Origin: Malacoraja senta
Taxonomy: Eukaryota
Assembly: GCA_038087875.1 (NCBI GenBank)
Contig: CM075997.1
Coordinates: forward strand, 7,318,001-7,382,000
Length of the DNA: 64,000 bases
Direction: 5' to 3'
Shown here: one piece after another, positions 26,421 to 38,599 of the stretch
Layout of the letters: each line of letters opens with the position of its first letter
How positions within the stretch are numbered: position 1 is the stretch's first letter
Notes under the pieces: model-generated
The model's input: only the letters and a program-made list of their open reading frames with translations
The model's database searches: none
What the model was told of the DNA's origin: nothing
Made by a program: the position numbers and the translations under genes

Positions 26421-27916
26421 TAGTTTAGTTTAGAGATACAGATTGGAAACAAGCCATTCGCCCCACCGATCCACAAGAACTGTTGATCAACCATTCATGC
26501 TAGTTTATGTTATCCCACTTTTACATCCACTTCACATGGTTTTGGGACATGGGAGGAAACTGGAGCATCGGAAGGAAACCCACACAGTCATAGGAGTACG
26601 TGCAAACACTACACAGACAGCAACCAAGGTCAGTCTCTGTCTCTGTGAGGCAGCAACTCTACTAGCTTGCCGTCGAAATTTTAAAACAAAATTCAATTTT
26701 ATCTCATTCTATTGCAAAGCACTATGATAAATAGTGCTTTGCATGTTCAATTATATCATGTAGTAGACAGTAGCTGATTTAGCGCAGGCAAAAAAAAAGT
26801 GCTATTACCAAATACAATTTTAGCATAAATGGTAAATAGCTGGTTCAAATGGAAGAACTAAAATTATTGGAGATGGCATTAATAGACAAGATTATTAACC
26901 ACAAAATATATTTTTCTGCTATAATAATTTGTTGAATACAGACCCAAGTGCCATCATCTTACATCGGAAGTTATGCATCAGATATAATCAGAAAGATATA
27001 TTCACAAGTGCGGTTACTGTTCTACCCACAACTTTTTCCACTTGTCAAGGTTAATGATGAGTAATAACACTAGGAAAAATATAGTTTTCATGCTTTTAAA
27101 AAAATGCTATTGCATTCCTCAGTTGAAAATAACAATTTACATCATACATTAATATGTATCAAGATATTGATTCTAGCATGTTTTTAAATCAAGCTTTTGT
27201 ATAAAAAAGCCATAACACAGTGCTGAAGTAACTCAGCAGGCCAGGCAGCATCTCTGGAGAACATGGACACGTAATGTTTTAGATTAAGACTCTTCAAGAA
27301 CAAACCATACTTAACAAATTAAATAATCAAAAAGCAATTAACCTCACTCATCAGTATATGCATAATTACAATTATGAATATTTTAAAGGATCACTTAATT
27401 ACAATTCCATTTTAGGTATAAAATAGTTGCACACGGTGCTTATATTCCTAAGAAACATTGCATTTATAGAAAATTGTGTTATAAAACTGTGTCAATTGGT
27501 TGGGGGCTTGAGTTTCCAACTAACAATAACAACGTTTTTTACGCAGAATTTTTCAAAAGTAAAAGTTTCAATATCAACAGGTGTGATTTTATTATTACAA
27601 GCTAAAAATACTTAAAGACTGCATGTTGTATTGTTGAACAGGGTATCATTTCACATGTTAAAGCGATCGCTTGTCAATTCAGTGGCCACTCACTGTTAAA
27701 GTGGCAGCTGTGTTCATAAGAGACAATGGTGCCTGATTACTGCAAGGATGTTACATAATAACAGTTTTTTTCCCCAGACAGCCCTTCCTTTTCTCCTTGT
27801 CAATTTCCAAAGGAACCTAAGTGGTTTGTTAGTGCCAGATCAAAATTGCATTATAACCAACTCCACCTGCGTAATATTCCCTACTTCATTAAACCCACTA
27901 CATCCAATTCGCGTAA

Positions 27917-28458
27917 AGGGGCTGCCCCACTGTGGCGACCTAATCCGCGAGTTCAGAAGAGTTTGCCCTCGACTCATACTCGCAGCATAGTCGACACGAG
28001 GTCCTAGGAGGTCTTTGTAACTCTCCTTCATGCTCGAGAGTAGTCCCCACGTACTCGAGGCCTCAGCTAGGTCGCGGCGTATTTTTCAACATGCTGAAAA
28101 ATGCCCTGAGTAAAAAAAGGTCGCCATGGAAAAAAAAAATCGATATTTATTTTACTCTTAGGTTTTGTTGATGTAGGTCGTAGTAGGTCGGCATGTTATT
28201 CGTAGGTAATCGAGGGTAGTCGAAGGTTGTCGAAGGTAGTCGTAGACAGTCTTCAACATAGTCGAAGGGAGGTCGAAGGAGATCGAAGGAGGTCATCTTC
28301 ACTCTCCACTATTCGATGTCCAATTTTCCCGAAGCTAGTCGAAGCTAGTCTTCAACATAGTCGAAGGAGGTCTTCAACATGACACTTTTTCAAACTCTCC
28401 TAAACTCTTCTAAACTCTTCTAAACTTGCCTTTAGGTTGCCGCAATGGGACAGCCCTT
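27917..28458. mobile_element. PIF/Harbinger-type MITE
   Basis: TAA|AGGGGCTGCCCCACTG...CAATGGGACAGCCCTT|TTA; internal GTCGAAGG-type repeats; same subfamily as 62234-62781. Confidence 0.85.
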
Positions 28459-28714
28459 TTAGAAAACACTCGTTAGAGGAGAACTATTAATAGTTGATTT
28501 CATCTTTAGTGAGTCATAGTCATACATTATGGAAACAGGCCCTTTGGCCCAACTCGTCTATGCTGACTAAGGCACCTGCATTTCACCCATATCCCTCCAA
28601 AACGCTTTGACTAAAATAGAAACTCACTGCATGAAATCTAACAGCTCTTTTGAAATAATTTCAAGTCCACAATAAAACTGTCAAACCAAAGAATATATCA
28701 TAACCAAGCAAGCA

Positions 28715-29017
28715 GGGCGGCAGGGTGGTGCAGGGGTAGAAATGTTGCCTAACAGCGCCAGGTTCGATCCTGACTAAGGGTGCTGTCTGTACGGAAATTG
28801 TACGTTCTCCCCGTGACCTACATGGGTTTTCTCTGGGTGCTCTGGTTTCTTCCTATATTCAAAAGACGTACAGGTTTGTAGGCCGACTGGCTTGGTAAAA
28901 TTGTAAATTGTCTCTAGTGTGTGTAATATAGTGTTAGTACGCGGAGATCACTGGTCGGCATGGATTCGATGGGCCAAAGGGCCTGTTTCCTCGCTGTATC
29001 TCTAAACTAAACTAAAC
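28715..29017 (+). mobile_element. V-SINE (HE1-type)
   Basis: Head, V-domain and TAAAC tail. Further copies at about 6829-6958, 19691-20015, 26422-26670, 34710-35130, 41558-41850, 44042-45085, 46086-46376, 53583-53880 and 56598-57060. Confidence 0.85.
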
Positions 29018-29218
29018 AAGCGTTCTGCCGTGGATTCATGCACAGCTCTGGGTTGGGTTAGGGGATTTAACTGGCAGGAAATAGTCACCGGTTTAAAGTG
29101 GTTCAATGAAGCAAACAAAGAAAGTCTCTCTATCCCCTTCCCCTTCCCAGTTCTCCCACTAGTCTCACTGTCTCTGACTACATTCTATCTCTGTCCCACC
29201 CCCTCCCCTGACATCAGT

Positions 29219-29246
29219 CTGAAGAAGGGTCTCGACCCGAAACGTC
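29219..29246 (+). ncRNA. Minimal type I hammerhead ribozyme core in a Penelope pLTR (representative intact copy)
   Basis: CTGAAGA-AGGGT(CTCG)ACCC-GAAA-CGTC: CUGANGA and GAAA cores, stem II hairpin, palindromic ACGU stem III, GUC cleavage triplet. Confidence 0.72.
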
Positions 29247-30290
29247 ACCCATTCCTTCTCTCCAGAGATGCTGCCTGACCCGCTGAGTTACTCCAGCATT
29301 TTGTGTCTATCTTCAAACAAAGTCTTGTTGAAAAGCAGGAGAAACTAACTCAATATATCCCGATCGGAATACAGAATCCATTATTCACCTGCTACATTTT
29401 GCTGAGGTTCTGCCAATAAAATCAATTGGTCACAGAGGGGAATGCGATCACTAGATTTGGTTTGTGCCGGGAGATGTAAAAACAAGGAACTTCAGAGGAT
29501 CATTTACAGAAAAAAACCTTTAATCCCTTCACCTTAATCATGTATTGTCTTTCCGCTGACTGGATAGCACGTAACAAAAGCTGTTCACTGTACCTCGGTA
29601 CACGTAGTTCCAAACTGTATACCCTCTGGTTCTTGATTCCCCTAGTCTGGGCAAGAGACTCTGTGCGTCTACCCGATCTATACCCGCTATGATTTTGTAC
29701 ACCTCTAGAAGATAACCTTATCATCCTCCTGCGCTGCGGGGAATAGAGTCCCAGCCTGCCCAACCTCTCGCTATAGCTCAGGCCCTCGAGTCCTGGCAAC
29801 GTCCTTGTGAATCATAGAAACAGAGAAAATAGGTGCAGGAGTAGGTCATTCGGCCCTTCGAGCCTGCACCGCCATTCAATATGATCATGGCTGATCATCC
29901 AACTCAGTATCCTGTACCTGCCTTCTCTCCATACCCCCTGATCCCTTTAGCCACAAGGGCCACATCCAACTCCCTCTTAAATATAGCCAATGAACTGGCC
30001 TCAACTACTTTCATCTCATCACACTTTCCGTCGGGTGGGTGCCGGAGATCGGACGGGTCCGTATGGGTGCCAGATGAGCCTCTCAGAACAAAGAGGGACC
30101 TGGTGTGGGGGTGCCGCCGAGAGAACAAAGGGGGGCCCGGCGTGGGGGGGGGTGCCGAGAGAAGAAAGGGGAACCATTGGGGACTAAATGGATCACTTTG
30201 TATCTTTGTTGGTGCCCTATACGTGGCAACTCTTTGTATACTTATGTATGTAAACCAAAGAATCTCACTGGACATGTCACATGTGATAAT

Positions 30291-30575
30291 CTTAGGCCTC
30301 CCTCGGTCATGACTGACCATGGGTGTTGCATTCTAGTTGTTGGCTGCTTGCTCCAAACCTCGGCTGGAGCAGCGTCGCTTGCGGCTGAAGAGACCAATGC
30401 GGGAGTGACAGTCTCTGTGGCAAAGGTCACATTTGTGTGTGGTCTCTGGTTTGTAGAAGTTGCTGCGCTCCTTTCTGCCCACCCGCTTGTCTGCCGCTGT
30501 GTTCAAGTTTCTCTTCCCCCGTTTTGAGATGTTGGTTCAGGGTACCTCTCCACCTCGTGCGGTCAGATGCAAGGT
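30291..30575 (-). mobile_element. RTE-clade LINE 3' fragment
   Basis: Minus strand reads LASDRTRWRGTL... and HKCDLCHRDCHSRIGLFSRKRRC, the C-terminal zinc-finger-like motif of RTE elements. Confidence 0.78.
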
Positions 30576-31264
30576 ATAATTAATTCCAAAGATAGACACA
30601 ATATGCTGGAGGAACTCAGCAGGCCAGGCAGCAGCTCTGGAGAGAGGGAATGTGTGATATTTCGGGTCGAGACCCTTCTTCAGAGTAGAGTCAGGGGGAA
30701 AAGAGAAACGAGAGATATGGACGGTGAAGTGGAGAGATATAGAACAAATGAATGAAAGATATGCAAAAAAGTAACGATGATAGAGGAAACAGGCCATTGT
30801 TAGCTGTTTGCCAGGTGAGAACGAGAAGCTGGTGGGGTTGGGATGGAGAGAGGGAATGCCGGGCTACTTGAAGTTCGAGAAATCAATATTCATACCATCG
30901 GGTTGTATTCCAACTTGACAACATCTTTCCTATTACATGCTGTCCAGAACTGAACACAATGTAGAAGCATATTAAATTAGATGGATTAAAAATCAAAAGC
31001 AAACAGCTTGTTGATTTAAAAGTTGGATGTAAGTTTGCATTTAATTTCTTCAGTTCATAGGCTCCAGGGGATGGATGAGCAAGAGCAGCCCCTTCCCACC
31101 TCACATATATTCCTGCAGCATAATAGATAGCATCAACACACATGTGAAACTTGGGTTCGATAACTAAGCCTTTGAGTTATTTGTTGAAACCAAAATCCGT
31201 GATCCTCGATGTGTTTTAGGGGCGATTTTGACGGATGAAAGTCAGTATGTTGTTGAGCAAAGTC

Positions 31265-31562
31265 TGATGCCGGCAGCCGGCACTCACGCAGGCGTACTAG
31301 CACAGACGCCCTCTTGGGCCGCCGGCCGCCGTCACTCACGCAGGCGCACTAACACCACAGTAAGGGCTCGGGCTGCCGTCAGGGGCAAGAGCTCAGTGAC
31401 GCGCATGCGTACTTGGGCTGAGAGCCGTACGCCGCGCACGCGCACAGCGCACCCTGGGGAAGGCGGGAGCGCCGGCGCTGGGCGGTTGGAGTTTGAACGC
31501 GCGCATGCGCACCGCGTTCGGCGCCGGCATTCTAGATCTGGCCGAACGACGGCAAAGGAAAA
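31265..31562 (+). promoter_or_regulatory. CATSPERG: CpG-island promoter and probable first (non-coding) exon of CATSPERG
   Basis: CpG/GC-rich island that I cannot assign to a transposon, with NRF1-type motifs GCGCATGCGT (31401-31410) and GCGCATGCGC (31501-31510). It ends in a strong donor AA|GTAAGT (GT at 31563), 4.6 kb upstream of the first CATSPERG coding exon on the same strand. Confidence 0.7.
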
Positions 31563-31733
31563 GTAAGTTGTTAAAGTTTTACACGGATGTTTAGAGGCTG
31601 TCCTGACCCATTTGTAACCCCTATTCGATATCACCCAGAGAGATAAGAGTGATGACGATCATGCAGCTGTTTGTGGGAGCTTGCTGTGTTGTTTTTTCCA
31701 CATTTAAACAAAATGCACAGCAAAAGTACTTCA

Positions 31734-32777
31734 AGTAGCAATGTTACAAAATTTTGAGATTTTAAAAATAAAGTCTGCAATTTATCCCATCGAATAAAGC
31801 ATAAAAAGAAGTTTAATTTGACACTTAATTCACATTCATATCTTCAGTATTAAAAAAGTTATGGCCATTATCATACTCAGAAATTAGCATCTAGTTCCCT
31901 ATTGCTTTTCCATTGACTTAACACAAAAGCTGTGATCGAGGACAGTTAAAAGCCCATAACTTTCTTAAAAATTATGATAACTGAAAGAAATTTTCAGTTA
32001 TTATAGATTGAAGCATTCTAAAACAAATATGAAACAATCTTACTTCGAAGACATGAAAGTAAAGCATATAATTAGTTAGTTACCTAATTGTAGCTAATTA
32101 CAAAATTCAATTACTAGATCTAAACATCTATCAATTTCTTAAGAATAGATTAACATTTTTAAATAGCCTGTGTCCAAATAACATTCACACAATAATTCAC
32201 AATATAACATAATTTTTAAATCTAATTTTCATGAATTTACAGGCCAAATGGAAGGAATTGAATGTTTAATACCTGTAAATTAATGGGGATTTAATTCATC
32301 TTGCGAGTGAGGATTACTGGAACGCGATCTTTTGGAACGTTGATTTGCGGTGAATTTAACCCCGTATTGGCATGAAAAATACTGCCGTTAATTCGGGGAA
32401 TAAAATCACCGTGTCGCATGACAAAATGTGAATTAAAGGCTTCTTAAGAAGCACTTTTATACATTTATAGAAAGCACTTTCGTTTACCTGTCCATTGTGT
32501 GAAATCCGTCCCCGTTATCGGCGTTGACGCTTCAGGAGCTGCTTTTAAAATGACTGTAGCGCTGACATTGACGATTTAATAAAAATAAAAAATTCACAAA
32601 ACGCCGGTAGGAACGATTTTGTCAGCCAAGGTTTGTACTCCAACAAAATATTTCCAGGACAAGGGAGGAGAAACCCGCGTTTTAACCCCGCCCCCACCTT
32701 AAAGGCGCCAAAATCGCGCACACGGCCAGTGGCAGAATTACAGCGCGACTGAAGGTAAGTTTTGTAACATACCTATT
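31734..32777. mobile_element. Unclassified non-autonomous DNA transposon (~1.04 kb) in CATSPERG intron 1
   Basis: Imperfect 18-bp TIRs AGTAGCAATGTTACAAAA / TTTTGTAACATACCTATT, with TCA on both flanks; no ORF. Confidence 0.7.
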
Positions 32778-33534
32778 TCATGCACCACGTCTTATTAGAA
32801 ATTCTTATTTGCACCTCGTCACAGCTTAAATGTGCAACAGGAACACCGCCTCGCCCCTACTGAGGGCTGAGGCCCAACCATTACTTACTTGGCATCATCA
32901 AATGACCAGATGAGATAGTCATAGCGCAAGGTGAAGGTGGACACAAAATGTGGAGTAACTCAGCGGGACAGGCAGCATCTCTGGAGAGAAGGGATGGGTG
33001 ACGTTCAGGGCCGAGACCCGACTTCAATCTGAGAATCAGGGGAGATGGAGACAGCGAGATAAGGAAGTGTAAGGTGTGAAAACAAGACATTAAAGGGGAT
33101 GCAGATCAATGATCAAAATGTAGAATATAGTCTCAAGAGGTTCTCAACCCAAAGCGTCACCTATTCCTTTTCACCAGATATGCTGTCTGACCTGCTGAGC
33201 TACTCCTGAGGGTTTCTGAGGTGATGAAGTATTTTCATGCACACACGTCTTATTAGAACTTCCTATTTCAAGTCAAGTGAGTTTATTGTCATGTGTCCCT
33301 GGTAGGACAATGAAATTCTTGCTTTGCTTGAGCACAACAGAACATAGTAGGCATTTACTACAAGGCATTCTATAAATATATACACAATGGTCAATATACT
33401 GATAAAGTGCAAATAACAGTATTGGCTAGTAAAGTTCAGTGAATTTGCACCTTGTCACAGCTTAAATGTGCAACAAAAGCAGAACCTCTCCTCCAAAGAT
33501 ACTAGAGGAGCTCTATAATCTTTGCTCTCCTCTA

Positions 33535-34470
33535 CTGAGGCCGAACTGTTACTTTTTAATGCAAGGGGCGTGATGGGTAAGGCAGATGAGCTTGGGGCAT
33601 GGATAGCTACGTGCGACTGGGACGTTGTAGCCATTAATGAAACCTGGTTAAGAGAGGAGCAGAACGGGCAGCTCAATGTTCTAGGATACAGGTGCTTCAG
33701 GAGAGACAAGGGTGATTATAAAAGAGGAGTGAAGTTTGCATTATTGATTAAGGAGGATGTCACGGGAGTAGTCTGAGGTGACATTATGAACGGTTCATCT
33801 TGTGCAGCTATGTGGGTGGAGTTAAGGAACACGAAAGGGATGATCACCTTGTTGGGTTTGTACTATAGACCCCCAATTAGTCAACGGGAATTAGAAGAAC
33901 AAATATGCCTTGGAGATTGCAGACAGCTGCAAGTCAAATAATGTTGTTATAGTAGGGGATTTTAACTTTCCAAATATTGACTGACAAAATCATAGCGTGA
34001 AAGATTTATTGGGGTGCAATTTCACAAAGGTGTTCAGGAGAGTTTTCTCCAGCAATATGTAGAGGGCCCCACATGTGAGAGGGTGATATTTGATCTAGTC
34101 TTGGGAAATTGGGAAGGGGAAGTGAACAAAGTGTTCATGGAGGAGCCTTTTGGGACCAGTGACCACTGTTTGATTATGTTTAAAATAGTTATGGATAGGG
34201 ACAGAGAGGGCTCACGTGTTAAAATGCTAAATTGGGGTAAGGCCAACTTTCAGGGTATGAGAGAAAGTCTCGCTCAAGTTGATTGGAGCAGGTTGTTTGA
34301 GGGGAAAGGAACATTAGCCAAGTTCGATGTTTTTAAAAGTGTGTTGACAAAAGCTCAGGATATGGACGTCCCTGTTAGAGTGAAGGGCAAGGCAGGCAAA
34401 CATAAGGAAGCTTGGCTGACAAGAAAATGGAGGCATTGGTTAAGAATAAAAAGGACACATGTGACATGTA
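33535..34470 (+). mobile_element. Degenerate CR1 LINE AP-endonuclease region
   Basis: Fragments NARGVMGKADEL...DVVAINETWL, YYRPP, GDFNFPNIDW-like and GTSDH, with stops and frameshifts. Confidence 0.88.
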
Positions 34471-34838
34471 GGATCAAGGGCCTGTTTCCACACTGTGTCA
34501 CCCTATGACAATAGTCACCATCAAATGACCATCTCGTGCAAGGTGAAGATAGACACATAGTTACCACAACAATTGGAGACCATGCAGTAGATGAATGAGT
34601 ACTTCATAAAGCATAATCATTGTTATAATGTAGCAAATGTAGTCTCAAAGTTATGTTAAAAAGTAACATTTTTGTAAAGCAAGAAAGCTAAGTTCAATTG
34701 CGTGATTGAAAGAAACAGCCTGGAAACAGACTCGGGCCCATGAAGTCCTTGCTGATCATTGATCACCCGTTCACACTAGTCCTATATTATCCCACTTTCA
34801 CATCCACTCCCCACACACTAGGGGCAATTTACGGAATG

Positions 34839-34980
34839 TCTTCTTCTTCTTGCGTATGGCGTGCACAGCCTAAAGTTGTAGGACAACTTGTTCTATTTGA
34901 TCTTATTTGATTGTGCACGCCGGGTTGATTGCATTCGTCGAAACAGGGCAGACCACGTGAAGGTTGCAATCTTCCACCCC
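34839..34980 (-). mobile_element. Short non-autonomous retroposon with 5' HDV-like ribozyme and (AAG)n tail, copy 1
   Basis: Sense strand starts GGGGTGGAAGATTGCAACC and ends CATACGCAAGAAGAAGAAG; inserted within a V-SINE; second copy at 57735-57865. Confidence 0.85.
34927..34980 (-). ncRNA. Minimal HDV-like self-cleaving ribozyme (predicted, 54 nt)
   Basis: P1 GGGGUGG/CUGCCCU with G1-U wobble; P2 GAUUGCA/UGCAAUC; P3 ACC/GGU; L3 UUCACGU; mini-P4 U(UUCG)A; J4/2 CGAA with the catalytic-position C. Confidence 0.8.
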
Positions 34981-36214
34981 TACAGAGGGTCAATTAATCT
35001 ACAAACCAGAGCACCTGGAGGAAACCCATTGCAGGGAGAACATGCAAACTCTACACAAATAGTACCTTAGGTGTGGATTGAACTGGGGAATATGATGGGA
35101 GGCAGCAGGTCTATCAGCTGCACCATTGTTTGGGGACAACTTATTCATTATTTAGCGCTCTCACTAAATTCCTGGCACAGCATTGTTTTATCAATCCATT
35201 TTATGTAGCATGTTCTCACAAATCATAACATTCCTGTTAAACCAGAGATTATCATCTTGCAACGTGAATTGGATAGCTTCCATTGATGTGCAGTTGGCTT
35301 TGGATTTTAGGAACAAAATAACTTATCTAAATGTGCATTATTTAGTGAACAACTGTTTGCATGTTTACTTTCTGCCTGTTTACTACCATTGTTTTGAAAG
35401 CCGAGAATTTTGCATTTAACTTTACTATTTTCCCCAAACACCTCAAAATTACTGAACACCTGGTCTCAATGGAATGAAAGTGGGGACTTCCACCCAAAGG
35501 AGCAAATAGGCATATGGTACTTTGATTAACACTGCATTTAACAGCTCACTAAGACTGTGTGCTTTTGTCTAGAATGACCCTAAATCTGCAGCCTTTTGCC
35601 TTGGATAAATGTAATGACAAGTGAAGAAAAGACACAAAGTGCTGGATTAACTCAGCGAGGCAGGCAGCATCTCTGGACAACATGGATAAGTGATGTTTTG
35701 GGCCAGGATCCTTCTTCTGACCTAAAACATCACCTTTTCAAATTCTCCAGAGATGCTGCCAGACCCGCTGAGTTACTCCACCACTTTGTGGCTTTTTTTT
35801 TAGCAATCCAGCATATGAGTTCCATGCTACTTCAATGGGCGGCACCGTGGCACAGCTGTAGAGTTGCTGACTTACAGCTCCAGAGACACGGGTTCACGGA
35901 TTTGGTGGGCTGTTTCCACACTCTGTCTCCAAAGTCTAAAGTACAAAGCCTAAAGACATCTAATTTGGAACAACACAATACCAAGCATTTAGATCAATAT
36001 TCAAATGATTAATTTAAGACTTATTATGCATTTGCCAAGAGGTTTTCCCTTTTTGTATGTGTGATGTAAGTGGATATTTTATTTATTGAACATGCCTATT
36101 GATTTGCAGATTTTCCAGAACTTGACCTAACACTTTCAAGGGAATATGAATGACCATCAATCCACTTATCTTCTTTAAACTTGGTTCAACTCCAGGATAG
36201 TCAACCATCCTATT

Positions 36215-36409
36215 ATGTTCAAATTATTTGGTCTTCTCTTTTGGCCAATGTGTTTGGCTTACAACTGCAATTGGAAGACACAGTTGAGCAAGTATGACAA
36301 CCGGAATGATTTCTCAGCGAGCATCCTGGAACAAGCTCCAATCTCCAACCTTGATCAAGCATTCCAAAATGTAACTGACCAGGGTATTGATCCTGATGAC
36401 AGACTAGAT
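36215..36409 (+). CDS. CATSPERG: CatSper auxiliary subunit gamma, first coding exon (signal peptide and N-terminus, 65 codons, ends phase 0)
   Basis: MFKLFGLLFWPMCLAYNCNWKTQLSKYDNRNDFSASILEQAPISNLDQAFQNVTDQGIDPDDRLD aligns to recalled human CATSPERG ECTWQVVLNEF...[29 protein letters not shown]. Likely acceptor ...caactccag|36196; donor 36409|gtgagt. Confidence 0.85.
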
Positions 36410-36452
36410 GTGAGTGTTTTTATCAGTTAATTCAAAAAAAAAAAAACTGTTA

Positions 36453-36808
36453 AGGGCCTGTCCCACTGTACGAGGTAATTCAAGAGTTCTCCGAGTTTTC
36501 CCCTGATTTGAACTCGGAGAATGTCCGTAGCGGGTCCGTAGGAGTTCGTGGATGTCTCGTAGCGGCTCGTACGAGTAACGGTTGGTACTTGGGAAATCCG
36601 GTAAACTCGTGACGTATTTTCAACACCGTGAAAAATGTCCACGAGTAAAAGAATACTTGTGATGAAAGAAATTGTTACTTTTTACTCGTCCGAGCCGCTA
36701 GGAGACATCCACGAACTCCTACGGACCCGCTACAGACATTCTCCGAGTTTGAATCAGGGGAAAACTCGGGAGAACTCTTGAATTACCTCATACGGTGGGA
36801 CAGGCCCT
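36453..36808. mobile_element. PIF/Harbinger-type MITE, near-palindromic, 43 bp downstream of a CATSPERG donor site
   Basis: TTA|AGGGCCTGTCCCACTGTACGAGG...CCTCATACGGTGGGACAGGCCCT|TTA; inverted arms of ~120 bp. Confidence 0.9.
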
Positions 36809-37254
36809 TTAATATTCATCAGTATAATTTTATACCTATTGTTTATCTTCTATTAATAAGCTTCACTTCACTTTACCATTTGTTTTAGAAAAATAGAAAA
36901 ATAGGTGCAGGAGTAAGCCATTTGGCCCTTCGATCAATATGATCATGGCTGATCATCCAAAATCAGTACCCCGTTCCTGCTTTTTCCCCATATCCCTTGA
37001 TTCCTTTAGCCCTAAGAGCTAAATCTAATTCTCTCTTGAAAACATCCAGTGAATTGGCCTCTGTGGCAGAGAATTTGCTCAAATATTTTAATGAATAATG
37101 CATTTATGACCATTTTAAGGCACCTTCTTTGTAAACAACATGTGGTGGGCAAAAACATATGAAAATAATTCACTGTTGTACTTACTGAACCACGCAAAAT
37201 CACTTTAAAAATGTGCAGGATACTTCAGATACTGGTTTATAAGGGATATATAGG

Positions 37255-37812
37255 AGCACAAGACCAAACGCATGCTCAGCAATTGTTTTGCTGAACACCT
37301 CCGCTCAGTCCAGCTAAACCTACATGATCTCCCGGTTGCTAAACACTTTAACTCCCCCTTCCATTCCCACACTGACCTTTCTGTCCTGGGCCTCTTCCAC
37401 TGTCAGAGTGAGGCCCAACGCAAAATGGAGGAACACACCTCATATTTCGCTTGAGCAGCTTACAACCCAGCAGTATGAATATTGACTTCTCTAACTACAA
37501 GTAACCCTTGCTTTCCCTCTCTCTCCATCCCTCCCCATCCTAGTTCACTGATCAGTCTGACTATCCTTCTGATTTATCTTTGTATGCTTTGTTATCACCT
37601 TCCCCGAGCTAACAGTGATCTATTCTACATTTTCATTGAACCTCACTCCCTTTGAAATCTTGTTTTTACACCTTACCCGTCCTTATCTCTATGTCTCCCT
37701 CTCCCCTGACTCTCAGTCTGAAGAAGGGTCTCGACCCAAAACGTCACCCAATCCTTCTCTCCAGAGGTGCTGCCTGTCCTGCAGAGTTACTCCAGCATTT
37801 TGTGTCTATCTT
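37255..37812 (+). mobile_element. Penelope-like element 3' fragment
   Basis: FAEHLRSV...PVAKHFNSPFHSHTDLSVLGL, followed by a pLTR. Confidence 0.85.
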
Positions 37813-38599
37813 CATTTTTAAAATGTTTCATATTTTGTTCTCCTTTAAGATTTTATTTCAAAGACAGCTTACCAAATATTAATGCAGAATTGTGTATAGT
37901 GGCTGGGAGCAGGGAGTGTGGTAGGGTTACCGTTTTAAAATCCATCTGAAGATGCTTTATTGTAAATCCCGAATCGGAACAATGAAATTCCTACTTGCAG
38001 CAGCACAGCACATATGTAAACATATGTTTACATATGTTTCTTCTGGTGCTGCGGACACCTGCGGGAAATCGGCCGTTCCAGCCGTAGTTGCGGCCTCCGG
38101 TGAGGGATGCGGCCGTTCCAGGTGGCCTAGCTGCTGGAGGACTCTCCCGACGCCGGGGCTACATCACCCGGCGAGAACGGCCAGGATCATCGGGCCTTCG
38201 TAGAGGCAATAGCGGGGGCTTCATTTGGCCTGACTTTTTTGGGTGAACTGGGGCTGGGGACTGGACATTGTGCCTTCCCCCACAGTGGAAATCATTGTGG
38301 GGGGATGATTTTTGTATGTAATTGTTTGTAATTGTATTTGTTAGTCTGTGTTCAAGATGGCGGTCGGAGGGGAGAGTGGACGCTGGCGTTAAATTGCCGC
38401 TGCTCTCTTCTCAAATTGTGCTTCTGATTTTCTTTTTTGTGTTTTTGGAAGGAATTCTGTCCCTGATTTATGTATTGGTCTTTATAACCTTTTTTTTTCT
38501 TTAATTCTGATTATATGTTTCCTATAAATCTCTGTATGGTGTCCTTGAGACCTCGGTATAAGGCGCCCGTAAATAAAATCCATTATTATTATTATTATA

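Noticed and set aside
28180..28420. Reiterated GTCGAAGG/GGTCGTAG units resembling a CRISPR-like array
   Set aside because: No constant-length repeat with unique spacers; they are degenerate internal repeats of a TIR-bounded MITE in eukaryotic DNA.
30105..30527. 140-aa hydrophobic ORF
   Set aside because: Spans a repeat junction and is antisense to an RTE LINE fragment.
31228..31634. Overlapping Arg/Ala-rich ORFs on both strands
   Set aside because: Expected from a stop-poor CpG island; no recognisable protein.
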